DNA from: an uncultured bacterium
GTDB lineage: Bacteria > Babelota > Babeliae > Babelales > Vermiphilaceae
Assembly (NCBI GenBank): GCA_963707655.1
Contig: OY970172.1
Span: 896,001 to 960,000 of the forward strand
Direction: 5' to 3'
DNA length: 64,000 nucleotides
The position numbers and the translations under genes are program-made. The notes under the pieces are model-generated. The model did no database searches and had not been told where the DNA came from. It saw only the letters and a list, made by a program, of their open reading frames with translations. This document shows, in pieces, positions 40,055 to 49,671 of the stretch. Position 1 is the stretch's first letter. Each line of letters starts with the position of its first letter.

Positions 40055-42667
40055 ATGAAATCACTTGAAGTTCGTCAAAAGTTTTTCGATTTTTTTATCA
40101 AAAGAGGGCATCAAAAAGTTGATAGCTCTTCTTTAATTCCTGCGCAAGATCCTACGTTGCTCTTTACCAATGCGGGGATGAATCAATTCAAAGATCTTTT
40201 CCTTGGTAAAGAAAAAAGAAGCTATAACAAGGCGGTTTCTATTCAAAAATGCGTGCGCGCCGGTGGTAAGCATAACGATCTTGATAATGTTGGCTTTACC
40301 AAGCGACACCTTACTTTTTTTGAAATGATGGGGAATTTTTCATTTGGTGATTATTTCAAAAAAGAAGCAATTGAATATGCATGGGAATTTTTAACCAAAG
40401 AGATGCAACTGCCGATAGAAAAATTACACGCCACGGTCTATAAAACTGACGATGAAGCCTATGATATTTGGCACAAACAAATAGGGGTGCCGCAAGAACG
40501 CATGCATCGACTTGGCGAAAAAGACAACTTCTGGCAAATGGGAGACACCGGGCCTTGCGGACCATGCACTGAAATTCATCTTGATCGTGGTGCGGAGTTT
40601 GGCTGCAAAGAGATTAAAGATTGCGGTCCGGCATGCGATTGCGATCGATTCTTGGAAATATGGAATCTTGTATTCATGCAGTATGACCGTCAACTCGATG
40701 GTACCGATAAGCCGCTGAAGCAAACAGGGGTTGATACGGGCATGGGCCTTGAACGACTGTGCTCGGTTGTGCAGGGTAAAGATTCTGTTTTTGAAATAGA
40801 TCTTTTTGCCGGCATCATGAAAAAAATAGAAGAAATCACCGGTCTTGTGTATGAAAAACAAGACGCAAATACCAAAGCAGCCTTTAACGTGTTGGCTGAT
40901 CACGTTCGCTCGTCATCGCTCATTATTGCTGACGGGGGCGCCCCTTCAAATGAAGGGCGGGGATATGTATTGCGAAAGATTATTCGCCGTGCCGCGTTGT
41001 TTGCTCAAAAATTAAATGCGCCGCAAACTATTTTTCCTGACCTGTCGCGCCAATTAGTAAAAGATATGGGTGCTATTTACCCTGAACTTAAAGCAAATGA
41101 AGAAACTATTTATACCATATTGAGCAGCGAAATTAGTAAATTTGCCACCAATTTGGTGCGTGGGCAAAATATTCTGAATCGTTATTTTGAAGAGAATAAA
41201 GAAAACAAAGTAATCAGTGGGGAGCAAGCCTTTAAGCTCTATGATACTTTTGGCTTTCCGCTTGAATTATTGCATGTTATTGCACGTGAAAATGGTTTTA
41301 GCGTTGACACTCTTGGCTTTGATTCGTTAATGAACAAACAACAAGAACAGTCAGGTAAAAAAACTACTGACGAGCTTGATCATGTTGGTCTTGATGAATC
41401 AATAGTCACCGAATTTACCGGTTATAAAGAACTGGAAACAAGCTCAAAAATTGTTGCGCTGATTGCAGACAACCAGATAGTTGACGCGGTACCAGTCGGT
41501 CAAGTTTGTTGGGTTGTAACAGAAAAATCACCATTTTTTATTGTCGGCGGGGGCCAAGTGCCCGATTCCGGTTGGCTGAATGTTGGGGGGGCCAAAACCC
41601 CATTGCTCAGTGTCCGCTACATTAACAACGCTATTGCTGCACAGATTAATGCGCCGGTTGCTCTTAAAGTGGGCGACAGCGTGACTGAAATAGTAAATGA
41701 GGATTTGCGCGTGAAGGCAATGAAAAACCATACCGCGACTCACTTACTGCAAGCAGCCCTTATTCAGTTGTTTGGTAAGCAGATAAAACAGTCCGGTTCG
41801 TTAGTTGCTCCTGATTATTTGCGCTTTGATTTTACCTATCATGAAAATTTAAGCCCTGAAGATATTGCGCGTGTAGAAGATCTGGTTAATGAAAAAATCA
41901 GAGAAAATATTCTGTTGAATGTTGAGTACATGGATTTGAAGCATGCATTATCTCGCGGTGCGCTCGCGTTTTTTGGTGACAAATATAACCCGGAAAAAGT
42001 ACGTTTGGTTGAAATTCCTCATTTTTCAGTTGAACTTTGTGGCGGCACCCATGTGCATGCAACCGGTGATATTGGCACTTTTAAAATTGTTGAAGTAACC
42101 GCACTTTCTGCCGGCCATCGCCGTATTGTTGCGGTGACGGGCAAGGGGGCAATGCATCTGTTTCAAGAGACATTCAATCTTGCAAAGTCATTGAGCAATG
42201 AATTTAAAGTGAAGCGAGAAGAAGCTTTTGACGCAGTTATGAAACAAAGAGAGCAGCTCAGGCAGCTCAATACACACGTGGCTCAATTGAAAAAACAATT
42301 GCTCCATGCTGAAATGCATGATTGGGAAAAACAAATAGAAAAAATTGGCGCAATGCCCTATTTGTTCATAAAGCGTGACAATGCTACCCATGACGAACTT
42401 AAAGACATTGTTCAGCTTTTGCAAGCAAAACAGCCCGGATTTTATTTTGTAGTAAGCGTTGCCGATTCACGACCATCATTCCTTGCACAGCTCTCGCCGG
42501 AGTTTGTCAATGCGGTAAATTTGAAAAATTTTGCGGCATGGCTGAATGAAAAGCATGGCATGCGCAGTGGCGGCAGCAAAAATCAACTGCAAGGCGGCGG
42601 AGCGAAATTTGACCCCAATTTAGATGCGAGTATCAAAGAGTGGATACGGCGCGAGCAAAATCAGTAA
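40055..42667 (+). CDS. alaS: Alanine--tRNA ligase
   Basis: DPTLLFTNAGMNQFK, HLTFFEMMGNFSFGDYFK, HTATHLL, ELCGGTH. Confidence 0.99.
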   Translation: MKSLEVRQKFFDFFIKRGHQKVDSSSLIPAQDPTLLFTNAGMNQFKDLFLGKEKRSYNKAVSIQKCVRAGGKHNDLDNVGFTKRHLTFFEMMGNFSFGDYFKKEAIEYAWEFLTKEMQLPIEKLHATVYKTDDEAYDIWHKQIGVPQERMHRLGEKDNFWQMGDTGPCGPCTEIHLDRGAEFGCKEIKDCGPACDCDRFLEIWNLVFMQYDRQLDGTDKPLKQTGVDTGMGLERLCSVVQGKDSVFEIDLFAGIMKKIEEITGLVYEKQDANTKAAFNVLADHVRSSSLIIADGGAPSNEGRGYVLRKIIRRAALFAQKLNAPQTIFPDLSRQLVKDMGAIYPELKANEETIYTILSSEISKFATNLVRGQNILNRYFEENKENKVISGEQAFKLYDTFGFPLELLHVIARENGFSVDTLGFDSLMNKQQEQSGKKTTDELDHVGLDESIVTEFTGYKELETSSKIVALIADNQIVDAVPVGQVCWVVTEKSPFFIVGGGQVPDSGWLNVGGAKTPLLSVRYINNAIAAQINAPVALKVGDSVTEIVNEDLRVKAMKNHTATHLLQAALIQLFGKQIKQSGSLVAPDYLRFDFTYHENLSPEDIARVEDLVNEKIRENILLNVEYMDLKHALSRGALAFFGDKYNPEKVRLVEIPHFSVELCGGTHVHATGDIGTFKIVEVTALSAGHRRIVAVTGKGAMHLFQETFNLAKSLSNEFKVKREEAFDAVMKQREQLRQLNTHVAQLKKQLLHAEMHDWEKQIEKIGAMPYLFIKRDNATHDELKDIVQLLQAKQPGFYFVVSVADSRPSFLAQLSPEFVNAVNLKNFAAWLNEKHGMRSGGSKNQLQGGGAKFDPNLDASIKEWIRREQNQ

Positions 42668-43805
42668 ATGAGTGCTCGATAAATTGTTCGCCAATAAACT
42701 TATAAAGCTCTTTTTGTTTGATGTGATTCATCGCGTGTTGATTCTGGGTAAAGAGCGTGCATTTGTTGTTGATCTCATGCAATTCGTCCCATAACTCAAA
42801 AAAATCGGCATTAGAAATGGCAATATCTTTTTTGCTATGGATAAAAAGAATGTCGGTTGCTGTTAACTGCTTGAGCCATTTTCCGGTAGGAACACATTCT
42901 TGCAAAGGTATCTCGAGAAAATATTCTGCAATTTTCGTAAAAACTCTTTTTACCGGCCAGCTTTGGCAAACATCGCGCAACAAGGGCGCTTTTGACCTGC
43001 TACTCGCAAGCAAAGGCACTTGGGGAATGAATGTTTGAAACGAAGAAAAGGGAGAATCAAGAATAAGTTTATTGAACAGCGGCTGGTTGTTTTCTTTTTC
43101 CCATTCAACTCCTGCCTGTGCAAAAAATGGCACCGAATAGCAACGCGCAACTCCGGCAATTTTTTTATAGCGCTTTTTGTGTTTAAAGTGTTGCGTGACG
43201 GTGATTATTGTTTCAGCCTCGGCATTGCCCAAACTAACCGAGCTTATATCTAGCCCCAAAATTGATTGCGCCAATTGCCCTTTTATAGATGATGCCTGTT
43301 GTTGTTCAAGACCGTGTCCGGGCAAGTCAAAAAATAGCAGATCATATTTGGGAAAGAGCTTTACAAAAGGAGCCATATATTCGTGGCAATTGGTGAAGCC
43401 GCCTGAAATTAGCACCAAATAATCGCTGTTGCGATCAAAAAAAGTACCATATATTTTTTTATTATCTTTTTCTACGCAAAACGGATTTCCTCTTTGGTCG
43501 ACTGAGTTTCCCTCGCGTAAAAAATGGCGAATTTTTTGTGAGTCGCGCAATAGAGGAAGATAAAAATAGGTATCATTATGCTCATTCAGGTGCGTGTTGC
43601 TTTGAACAATATTTTTTAATGTCGATTCTGAAAATGCAATTTCTTGCGCATTAATAGTAATGGTGGTGGGGCCGGTGTCACCAATCAACCGTTTTTTGAT
43701 TTTGAGTCGGGGCGCAATAGATGAAAGTGTGCCCGTTAAAAGACTCATAAGACAAAAAAACATTCTTATTCTGAATGAAATTGTAAAAATAGTTTCACCA
43801 AACAT
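42633..43805 (-). CDS. Alpha/beta-hydrolase-fold protein
   Basis: LISGGF, FDLPGHG, LILDSPF, FIHSKKD, and a late His (NQHAMNH). Confidence 0.75.
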   Translation of the reverse strand: MFGETIFTISFRIRMFFCLMSLLTGTLSSIAPRLKIKKRLIGDTGPTTITINAQEIAFSESTLKNIVQSNTHLNEHNDTYFYLPLLRDSQKIRHFLREGNSVDQRGNPFCVEKDNKKIYGTFFDRNSDYLVLISGGFTNCHEYMAPFVKLFPKYDLLFFDLPGHGLEQQQASSIKGQLAQSILGLDISSVSLGNAEAETIITVTQHFKHKKRYKKIAGVARCYSVPFFAQAGVEWEKENNQPLFNKLILDSPFSSFQTFIPQVPLLASSRSKAPLLRDVCQSWPVKRVFTKIAEYFLEIPLQECVPTGKWLKQLTATDILFIHSKKDIAISNADFFELWDELHEINNKCTLFTQNQHAMNHIKQKELYKFIGEQFIEHSFTDFARAVSTL

Positions 43806-44001
43806 TCTTTAATTATTTCGTTAAAAATTCCCTCTGAATAGAAATAATAACAGATAAACAATGGTTTGATAAGTAAGAGAAGCTTTTTATAGGGATTAAA
43901 GTGACCCATTAACCCATTTTGGAGGAATGGGACTATTGCGTTTATTGGGGACGCATATTACGCTATTTTTATATAATTATCTGTTTTATGGAGTATTGTT
44001 T

Positions 44002-44382
44002 ATGAATAAATTCATTATTTTGGTTTCTCTGGCGGCAGTAGTTTTTGTTGGCACTGTTTCTCCCATTGCTGACCCTGCAAAAGAAGCTATCGCCAAACAT
44101 GACAACGTGGTGGTTCTTTTTGTTCGCTCAACATGCCCCTATTGCCACTATTTGCAACCTATAATGAATCAGGCTTTGGCCCCTTACCGTGGCTCTATTA
44201 CCTATCTAGTGGTAGAAGTTTCACCGATGCCAGACTACTACAAGAGAACGTATAAGTTTTCAACCGTTCCTGCCGCTTTCTACTATAAAAAAGGGGTGGT
44301 GCAGGCCAGCCACGGCAGTAACAATAAAACAATCACGCAACGTGATGTGCAGGGTTATATCAAACGAATCTATGGACTATAG
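44002..44382 (+). CDS. Exported thioredoxin-fold protein (CPYC)
   Basis: SD GGAG plus ATG 44002, signal peptide, CPYC, TVP cis-Pro loop. Confidence 0.8.
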   Translation: MNKFIILVSLAAVVFVGTVSPIADPAKEAIAKHDNVVVLFVRSTCPYCHYLQPIMNQALAPYRGSITYLVVEVSPMPDYYKRTYKFSTVPAAFYYKKGVVQASHGSNNKTITQRDVQGYIKRIYGL

Positions 44383-44525
44383 TTTCTTTGCTTGGTGTCC
44401 AAGCTCGCCTCCCTTATACACTGTTTCAATTTAATGATTTTTTTGCTTTATTGATTGACAAATTGTCAAAAAATAGTATATTAATATACGTCTATTATTT
44501 GTTCTATCTCTCAAATGGAGTTTAT

Positions 44526-45065
44526 ATGAAAAAATTAACCCTTAATATCTTGTTTGCGGCGCTGTTGGCAAACAGCTTTGGCTTGATGGCTGTAGAAAAA
44601 AATAGATCGTCTTGCGGTTGCGATATACCAAAGTTTACTGCTGATGTATTATTTGAAAAGTGTCCTGGCAAGGAAAAAATGGAACCCAAAGAGCCGACGG
44701 CCTTTGCCAAATTCCTCATCAATAATGAAAAAGCGATAGATTTTTCTGTCGGCTTTTTAGTTGGGGCGGCCTGCGAACTGATAGTGGCTCATTCTCTAAA
44801 AACCGCTGATAAATTAAATTTACCAGGAAACGGTAGATATGCGGCCATGATACCGGCAGCATACATAGGAGCTATAATTTCTGTTGCAGCTTTTGATAAA
44901 ATTTTTGCTCGATTTGATGCCTTTAAAAGAGAACATGGAGTAAAACGCAAAAACCAGTGTTGTGGTGCTCATAATCTGGACAATATAAACGGATTAGGAA
45001 CAGGATTTGTTACAGCAGCTTTGGTTATGATAGGCAAGAGCGTTAAAGATAAATATTTTGCATAA
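44526..45065 (+). CDS. Membrane hypothetical protein with signal peptide
   Basis: SD GGAG plus ATG 44526 (MKKLTLNIL...), about three hydrophobic segments. Confidence 0.7.
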   Translation: MKKLTLNILFAALLANSFGLMAVEKNRSSCGCDIPKFTADVLFEKCPGKEKMEPKEPTAFAKFLINNEKAIDFSVGFLVGAACELIVAHSLKTADKLNLPGNGRYAAMIPAAYIGAIISVAAFDKIFARFDAFKREHGVKRKNQCCGAHNLDNINGLGTGFVTAALVMIGKSVKDKYFA

Positions 45066-45083
45066 AATTGCATGATTCTTAAG

Positions 45084-45116
45084 AAAAAAAAGGCTCCTGT
45101 ACGGGAGCCTTTTTTT
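45084..45116. terminator. Bidirectional intrinsic terminator
   Basis: A-run, GGCTCC-TGTACG-GGAGCC, T-run, between convergent genes. Confidence 0.85.
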
Positions 45117-45134
45117 ATGTCTTATTCGTATCAA

Positions 45135-46139
45135 TCAATCCCAGTCAAGTGAGCCGGCTGTTTGATATTCGGTCACCCGCGTTTCAAAGAAATTCTTTTC
45201 TTTGGAAAGATCGGTAGCCTGTGACATCCACGGGAACGGATTTGATCGACCATATACTTTTGGCAAATCAATGCGTTCCAAGCGGCGATCAGCAATGTAT
45301 TCAACATAATCGCAGAATGGCTGCGCATTAATGCCGAGCATGCCTTGTGGGCAGGCGTCATGTGCGTATTGTTTTTCAAGAATTACTGCCTGTTTAATCA
45401 GATCAACAATTTTCTCTTGAAAGTCAGCGGTCCAAATTTCAGGGTTTTCTGCTTTAATTGTGTTGATTAAATCGCACCCAAAAGCAAGATGAATGCTTTC
45501 ATCCCGCATGATATATTCAAATTGCTCACCAATGCCCACCATTTTGTTTTGGCGCTTTAACGCCAACATCATGGCAAAGCCGGCATAGAAGAAGATGCCT
45601 TCCATAATCACGTAATAGCCAACTAAATCATGCAAGAATTGCTGAATGTTTTTTGATCCAACAGTGTTGAAATTAGGATCAAGCATCGACTTTGTTAATT
45701 CAACCACGAAATCATCTTTTTCCTTTATTGAAGGAATAGTTTCATACATGGTATAAATTTCGTCAGGATTGAGACCAAGCGAATCGCAGCAATAGATAAA
45801 AGTATCAGTATGAACTGCTTCCTCGTATGATTGACGCAACAGATACTGGCGGCATTCCGGATTGGTCACATGTTTGTATACCGTGAGCACTAAGTTGTTT
45901 GCCGTTAGTGATTCTGCTGTTGAAAAGAAGCCAAGGTTCCAGAGTATTAAACGACGCTCAGTTTCAGTGAGCACATCGGTGGATTTCCATTGCTCAACAT
46001 CTTTTTGCATCGAGATTTCCTCTGGCGTCCAGTTGTTGGCAACCCCGTCTTTGTAATGTTTACGCGCCCATAAATAGCGCATTGGTAAGATTTTGTTCGG
46101 ATCAACCGTTGAGTTGTTGATTACACCTTGTTTGGCCAT
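45135..46139 (-). CDS. nrdB: Ribonucleotide reductase beta subunit, class Ic type
   Basis: NLGFFSTAESL, EEAVHTDTF, MEGIFFY, RDESIH, NFFETRVTEY. Confidence 0.95.
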   Translation of the reverse strand: MAKQGVINNSTVDPNKILPMRYLWARKHYKDGVANNWTPEEISMQKDVEQWKSTDVLTETERRLILWNLGFFSTAESLTANNLVLTVYKHVTNPECRQYLLRQSYEEAVHTDTFIYCCDSLGLNPDEIYTMYETIPSIKEKDDFVVELTKSMLDPNFNTVGSKNIQQFLHDLVGYYVIMEGIFFYAGFAMMLALKRQNKMVGIGEQFEYIMRDESIHLAFGCDLINTIKAENPEIWTADFQEKIVDLIKQAVILEKQYAHDACPQGMLGINAQPFCDYVEYIADRRLERIDLPKVYGRSNPFPWMSQATDLSKEKNFFETRVTEYQTAGSLDWD

Positions 46140-46164
46140 GTTATATCCTTATCTATTTATATTT

Positions 46165-48693
46165 TTACTGACACACTTCGCACTCAGGATCAGCTGAGAT
46201 TGAGCAGGCGACTACTTGTGGCGCAGCAGGTGTCACTTCTTCGGTCACTTTTTCAACTATTTCTGTATATTCGCGCTTTTGTGTGAATCCATATTTTTTT
46301 GCATCAAGCGTTGATTTTTCAATTTGCGTGGCGCCCAAAGTGCGTAAGTAATAGAATGTTTTCATTCCTGCTTTCCACCCACTGATATAAATATCACTGA
46401 GTTTTTTGCCGGAAACACCTTTCATAAACACATTGTGAGATTGGCTTTGATCAATCCACTTGCCACGCGCAGCCGTAATTTTTACCAACCACTCAGGATC
46501 AATTTCAAATGCTTCTTTGTATTTGTCTTTGATTTGTTGTGGGATGGTTGTGATCATGCTTAAATTGCCGTCAAAATATTTGAGCTGCTCAAGCATCTCT
46601 TGGTTCCAGAGATTTAATTGTTTTAAATCTTCTACCAAGTATCGATTCACTACGGTAAATTCGCCACTCATGTTTGCTTTTACATAAAGATTTTTGTAAA
46701 TAGGCTCTATGCACGGAATGCAGCCGACAATGTTTGATATGGTTGCTGTTGGCGCGATCGCCATGGTGTTTGAATTACGCATACCATATTCTTTTACGTG
46801 ATCGCGCAATGATTGCCAATCAAGCTTGCCACCACGCTTTACTTCCACCGCCATGCCGCGCTCTTGCTCAAGAAGATCAAGTGTGTCATGAGGGAAAATG
46901 CCGCGGTCCCATTTAGAGCCATGATACGTAGCATACGCACCGCGCTCACGCGCTAAATTGGATGATGCAGATATCGCATGATACGAGATCTTTTCCATCA
47001 GTTCATCGGCAAATGCCAAAACGCGCTCGTCATCAAAAGGTATGTTTAAGCCATACAACGCATCTTGAAAGCCCATCAAGCCCATACCGATAGGGCGATG
47101 TTTTGAATTTGCGTGCTCAGCTTCTGCGGTTGGATAAAAATTGATATCAATTACGTTATCAAGCAGGCGTATTGCCAAGGTGACGGTCTCTTTGAGCATT
47201 GCTTCATCAAGAGCGCCATTGTGCATATGTTTGCTTAAATTAACTGAACCCAAATTACATACCGCTGTTTCTTCAGCCGAAGTGTTTAGAGTAATTTCAG
47301 TACACAAATTTGAGTTGTGAATAACGCCGGCATGATCTTGTGGCGAGCGAATATTTGATGGATCTTTAAAAGTAATCCACGGATGGCCCGTTTCAAAAAG
47401 GCGCGCAAGCATTTTTTTCCACAATGCCGTTGCTTCAACTGTTTTATGTTTTTTTATTTTTCCTTGAACCGCCATTTCTTCATACTCTTCATAGCGCTTT
47501 TCAAATGCTTTGCCATAAATGTGATGAAGATCAGGTGTTTCTTCAGGGGAGAACAGAGTCCACTTGCCTTCGGCTAGAACTCGTTTAATAAGTAAATCAG
47601 GCACCCAGTTTGCGGTATTTATATCATGAGTTCTGCGTCGTTCATCACCGGTGTTTCGACGCAAATCAAGAAAATCTTCTACGTCAAGATGCCAGCTTTC
47701 CAGATAAACAACTGCTGCTGAGCGTCGTTTTCCGCTGCGGTTTATTGCGGCGGTAACATCGTTGGCGATTTTCAGGTACGGAATTACGCCTTGGCTTTCT
47801 GTTTTAATACTCTTAACCATTGCGCCGGTTGCGCGAATGTTTGTCCAGTCGTATGCAACGCCGCCCGACCATTTTGAAAGTTGCGCATTATCGCCCAAGC
47901 ATTTAAAGATGTGTTTTAAATCATCTTCTACCGTACCAAGAAAACAAGAGCTTAGTTGTGGTCTGACAAGTCCGGCATGCAACAGAGTTGGTGTGCTTGG
48001 TACATAGCGCATGGTTGACATAAGATTGTAGAATTCAATTGCGCGTTCTGTTTTGTTTTGCTCATTGTATGAAAGCCCCATAGCAACGCGCATCCAGAAA
48101 TGCTGAGGAAGTTCAAATCTGTTTTGTTCCTCTGTTTTTGCGAAATAGCGTTCATACAGTGTGCGCAATCCCATGTACTCAAACAGTTGATCCCGATCCG
48201 GCTGCAGGCTATTGGCAATGGCATTCAGGTCAAAGTTAAGCATGCGTGAATCAAAAATTTGCTCAGTAACCCCTTTTTGTAATCCGTGTAAAAACGCAGT
48301 GCGATATTCGTGTGTTGCATCGCTATGATTTATTATTTTGCCCGTTACTTCTTTAAATAATTTTTTTAACAAGAGCTGTGCCGCTACATTGCTATAAGCA
48401 GGATCGCGCTCTATAAAAGTTGATGCGGCAAGAATGAGTGCATCAAGAAGTTGGTCGGGACTAATTTTATCAAAAATATTTTTGATAGCTTCTTCTAGTA
48501 TTAGATTAATATCTATCTCTTTTTCATATCCGCGCGCGGCCCAGTATAGCTCTTCTTGTAATCGAGCAATAGACAATTCCTCTATGCTGCCATCGTCATG
48601 TGCAACAGAAAATCCAGCTGATGTTGTCTTTGCACTGGCATCAATCGGCATAGGAGGATAGGGAGATAACGGTACATATTTTTCAGTATTCAT
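46165..48693 (-). CDS. nrdA: Ribonucleotide reductase alpha subunit
   Basis: PSTPTL, QLSSCF, SNLCTEI, VCNLGS, MAIAPTATIS, C-terminal ECEVCQ. Confidence 0.97.
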   Translation of the reverse strand: MNTEKYVPLSPYPPMPIDASAKTTSAGFSVAHDDGSIEELSIARLQEELYWAARGYEKEIDINLILEEAIKNIFDKISPDQLLDALILAASTFIERDPAYSNVAAQLLLKKLFKEVTGKIINHSDATHEYRTAFLHGLQKGVTEQIFDSRMLNFDLNAIANSLQPDRDQLFEYMGLRTLYERYFAKTEEQNRFELPQHFWMRVAMGLSYNEQNKTERAIEFYNLMSTMRYVPSTPTLLHAGLVRPQLSSCFLGTVEDDLKHIFKCLGDNAQLSKWSGGVAYDWTNIRATGAMVKSIKTESQGVIPYLKIANDVTAAINRSGKRRSAAVVYLESWHLDVEDFLDLRRNTGDERRRTHDINTANWVPDLLIKRVLAEGKWTLFSPEETPDLHHIYGKAFEKRYEEYEEMAVQGKIKKHKTVEATALWKKMLARLFETGHPWITFKDPSNIRSPQDHAGVIHNSNLCTEITLNTSAEETAVCNLGSVNLSKHMHNGALDEAMLKETVTLAIRLLDNVIDINFYPTAEAEHANSKHRPIGMGLMGFQDALYGLNIPFDDERVLAFADELMEKISYHAISASSNLARERGAYATYHGSKWDRGIFPHDTLDLLEQERGMAVEVKRGGKLDWQSLRDHVKEYGMRNSNTMAIAPTATISNIVGCIPCIEPIYKNLYVKANMSGEFTVVNRYLVEDLKQLNLWNQEMLEQLKYFDGNLSMITTIPQQIKDKYKEAFEIDPEWLVKITAARGKWIDQSQSHNVFMKGVSGKKLSDIYISGWKAGMKTFYYLRTLGATQIEKSTLDAKKYGFTQKREYTEIVEKVTEEVTPAAPQVVACSISADPECEVCQ

Positions 48694-48887
48694 AGCATCC
48701 TTTCACTCATTCATAAATATCATTTACCATTACTACTCTGTATCATCGTGCCTGAGCAATTTTCGTTAAAATAATTTTGCAAATTTCGGAGCATTTTTCG
48801 ATTTTCTCTTGACTAAAAATACGCCATGGAAGGCGTATAATTTTTTTCAAAATTCTTACAATGTGCAAAAAAATATTTAAGAGGCAT

Positions 48888-49071
48888 ACACATAATGTAG
48901 CGATTTAACACCCTAGAATCAAATAGTTTTTCTTAATTTTTTTTCGAAAAGATATTCTTCATTTTTTATCAGTAAAATAGCAATAATAAATTCATATAGA
49001 AAAACAATAGGGCGCTATAGGTTGTTGAATAATTGTTTTATTTTATGGTATAGTATGACACATAATGTAGC
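48888..49071. promoter_or_regulatory. Two identical 14-mers ACACATAATGTAGC resembling NrdR boxes
   Basis: Exact copies at 48888-48901 and 49058-49071 in the divergent nrdA/thioredoxin gap. Confidence 0.6.
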
Positions 49072-49106
49072 ATAATTTTTCAGTTTTTTTAATAAGGAGT
49101 TTTGTA

Positions 49107-49670
49107 ATGAATAAAGGTTATTTTGCCGGATTGTTGATGGTAAGCACTTTTGCGATGCACGCAGAAGTAAAGCATATTAATTTTATGACAGAATTTAATG
49201 CAGCAATAAATAGTCCATCGCTGACGGTAGTAAAATTTGGTGCTGAATGGTGCGGGCCATGTCGCTCATCAAAACCGGTTTTTGAAAGAGTCTCAAAAGA
49301 GTTTTCGCATATTAATTTTGTAGAAGTGGATGTTGATAAGGGAAGTGCAATTGCGGATAAGTATGGCGTATCGGGAATACCCCTTTTTATTTACTTTAAA
49401 GGTGGCAGTGAATTAACGCGTCACAGCGGTAGCGGTTCTTCATTAGATGTAACTATAAAAAATAACATTTCCCGTTTTGGCAATGGCGCCCCTGCAGCAG
49501 CAGAAAAAAAAAGTGAAAAAACAGAAGCAGCGGCTGAACCAGAGCAAAAAGAAGCAAAAGAAGTGCCAGTAGCTGCAGCACAAGCTCCAGAAAAAGGTTT
49601 TATTGATTCCATTATTGAGTTTTTTAACTCTTTGTGGAGCAGTGTAACGGGGTTATTTTCAAATAAATAG
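49107..49670 (+). CDS. Thioredoxin with signal peptide and C-terminal extension
   Basis: WCGPC, GIP, an Ala/Glu/Lys linker and an amphipathic terminal helix (FIDSIIEFFNSLWSSVTGLF). Confidence 0.9.
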   Translation: MNKGYFAGLLMVSTFAMHAEVKHINFMTEFNAAINSPSLTVVKFGAEWCGPCRSSKPVFERVSKEFSHINFVEVDVDKGSAIADKYGVSGIPLFIYFKGGSELTRHSGSGSSLDVTIKNNISRFGNGAPAAAEKKSEKTEAAAEPEQKEAKEVPVAAAQAPEKGFIDSIIEFFNSLWSSVTGLFSNK

Positions 49671-49671
49671 T

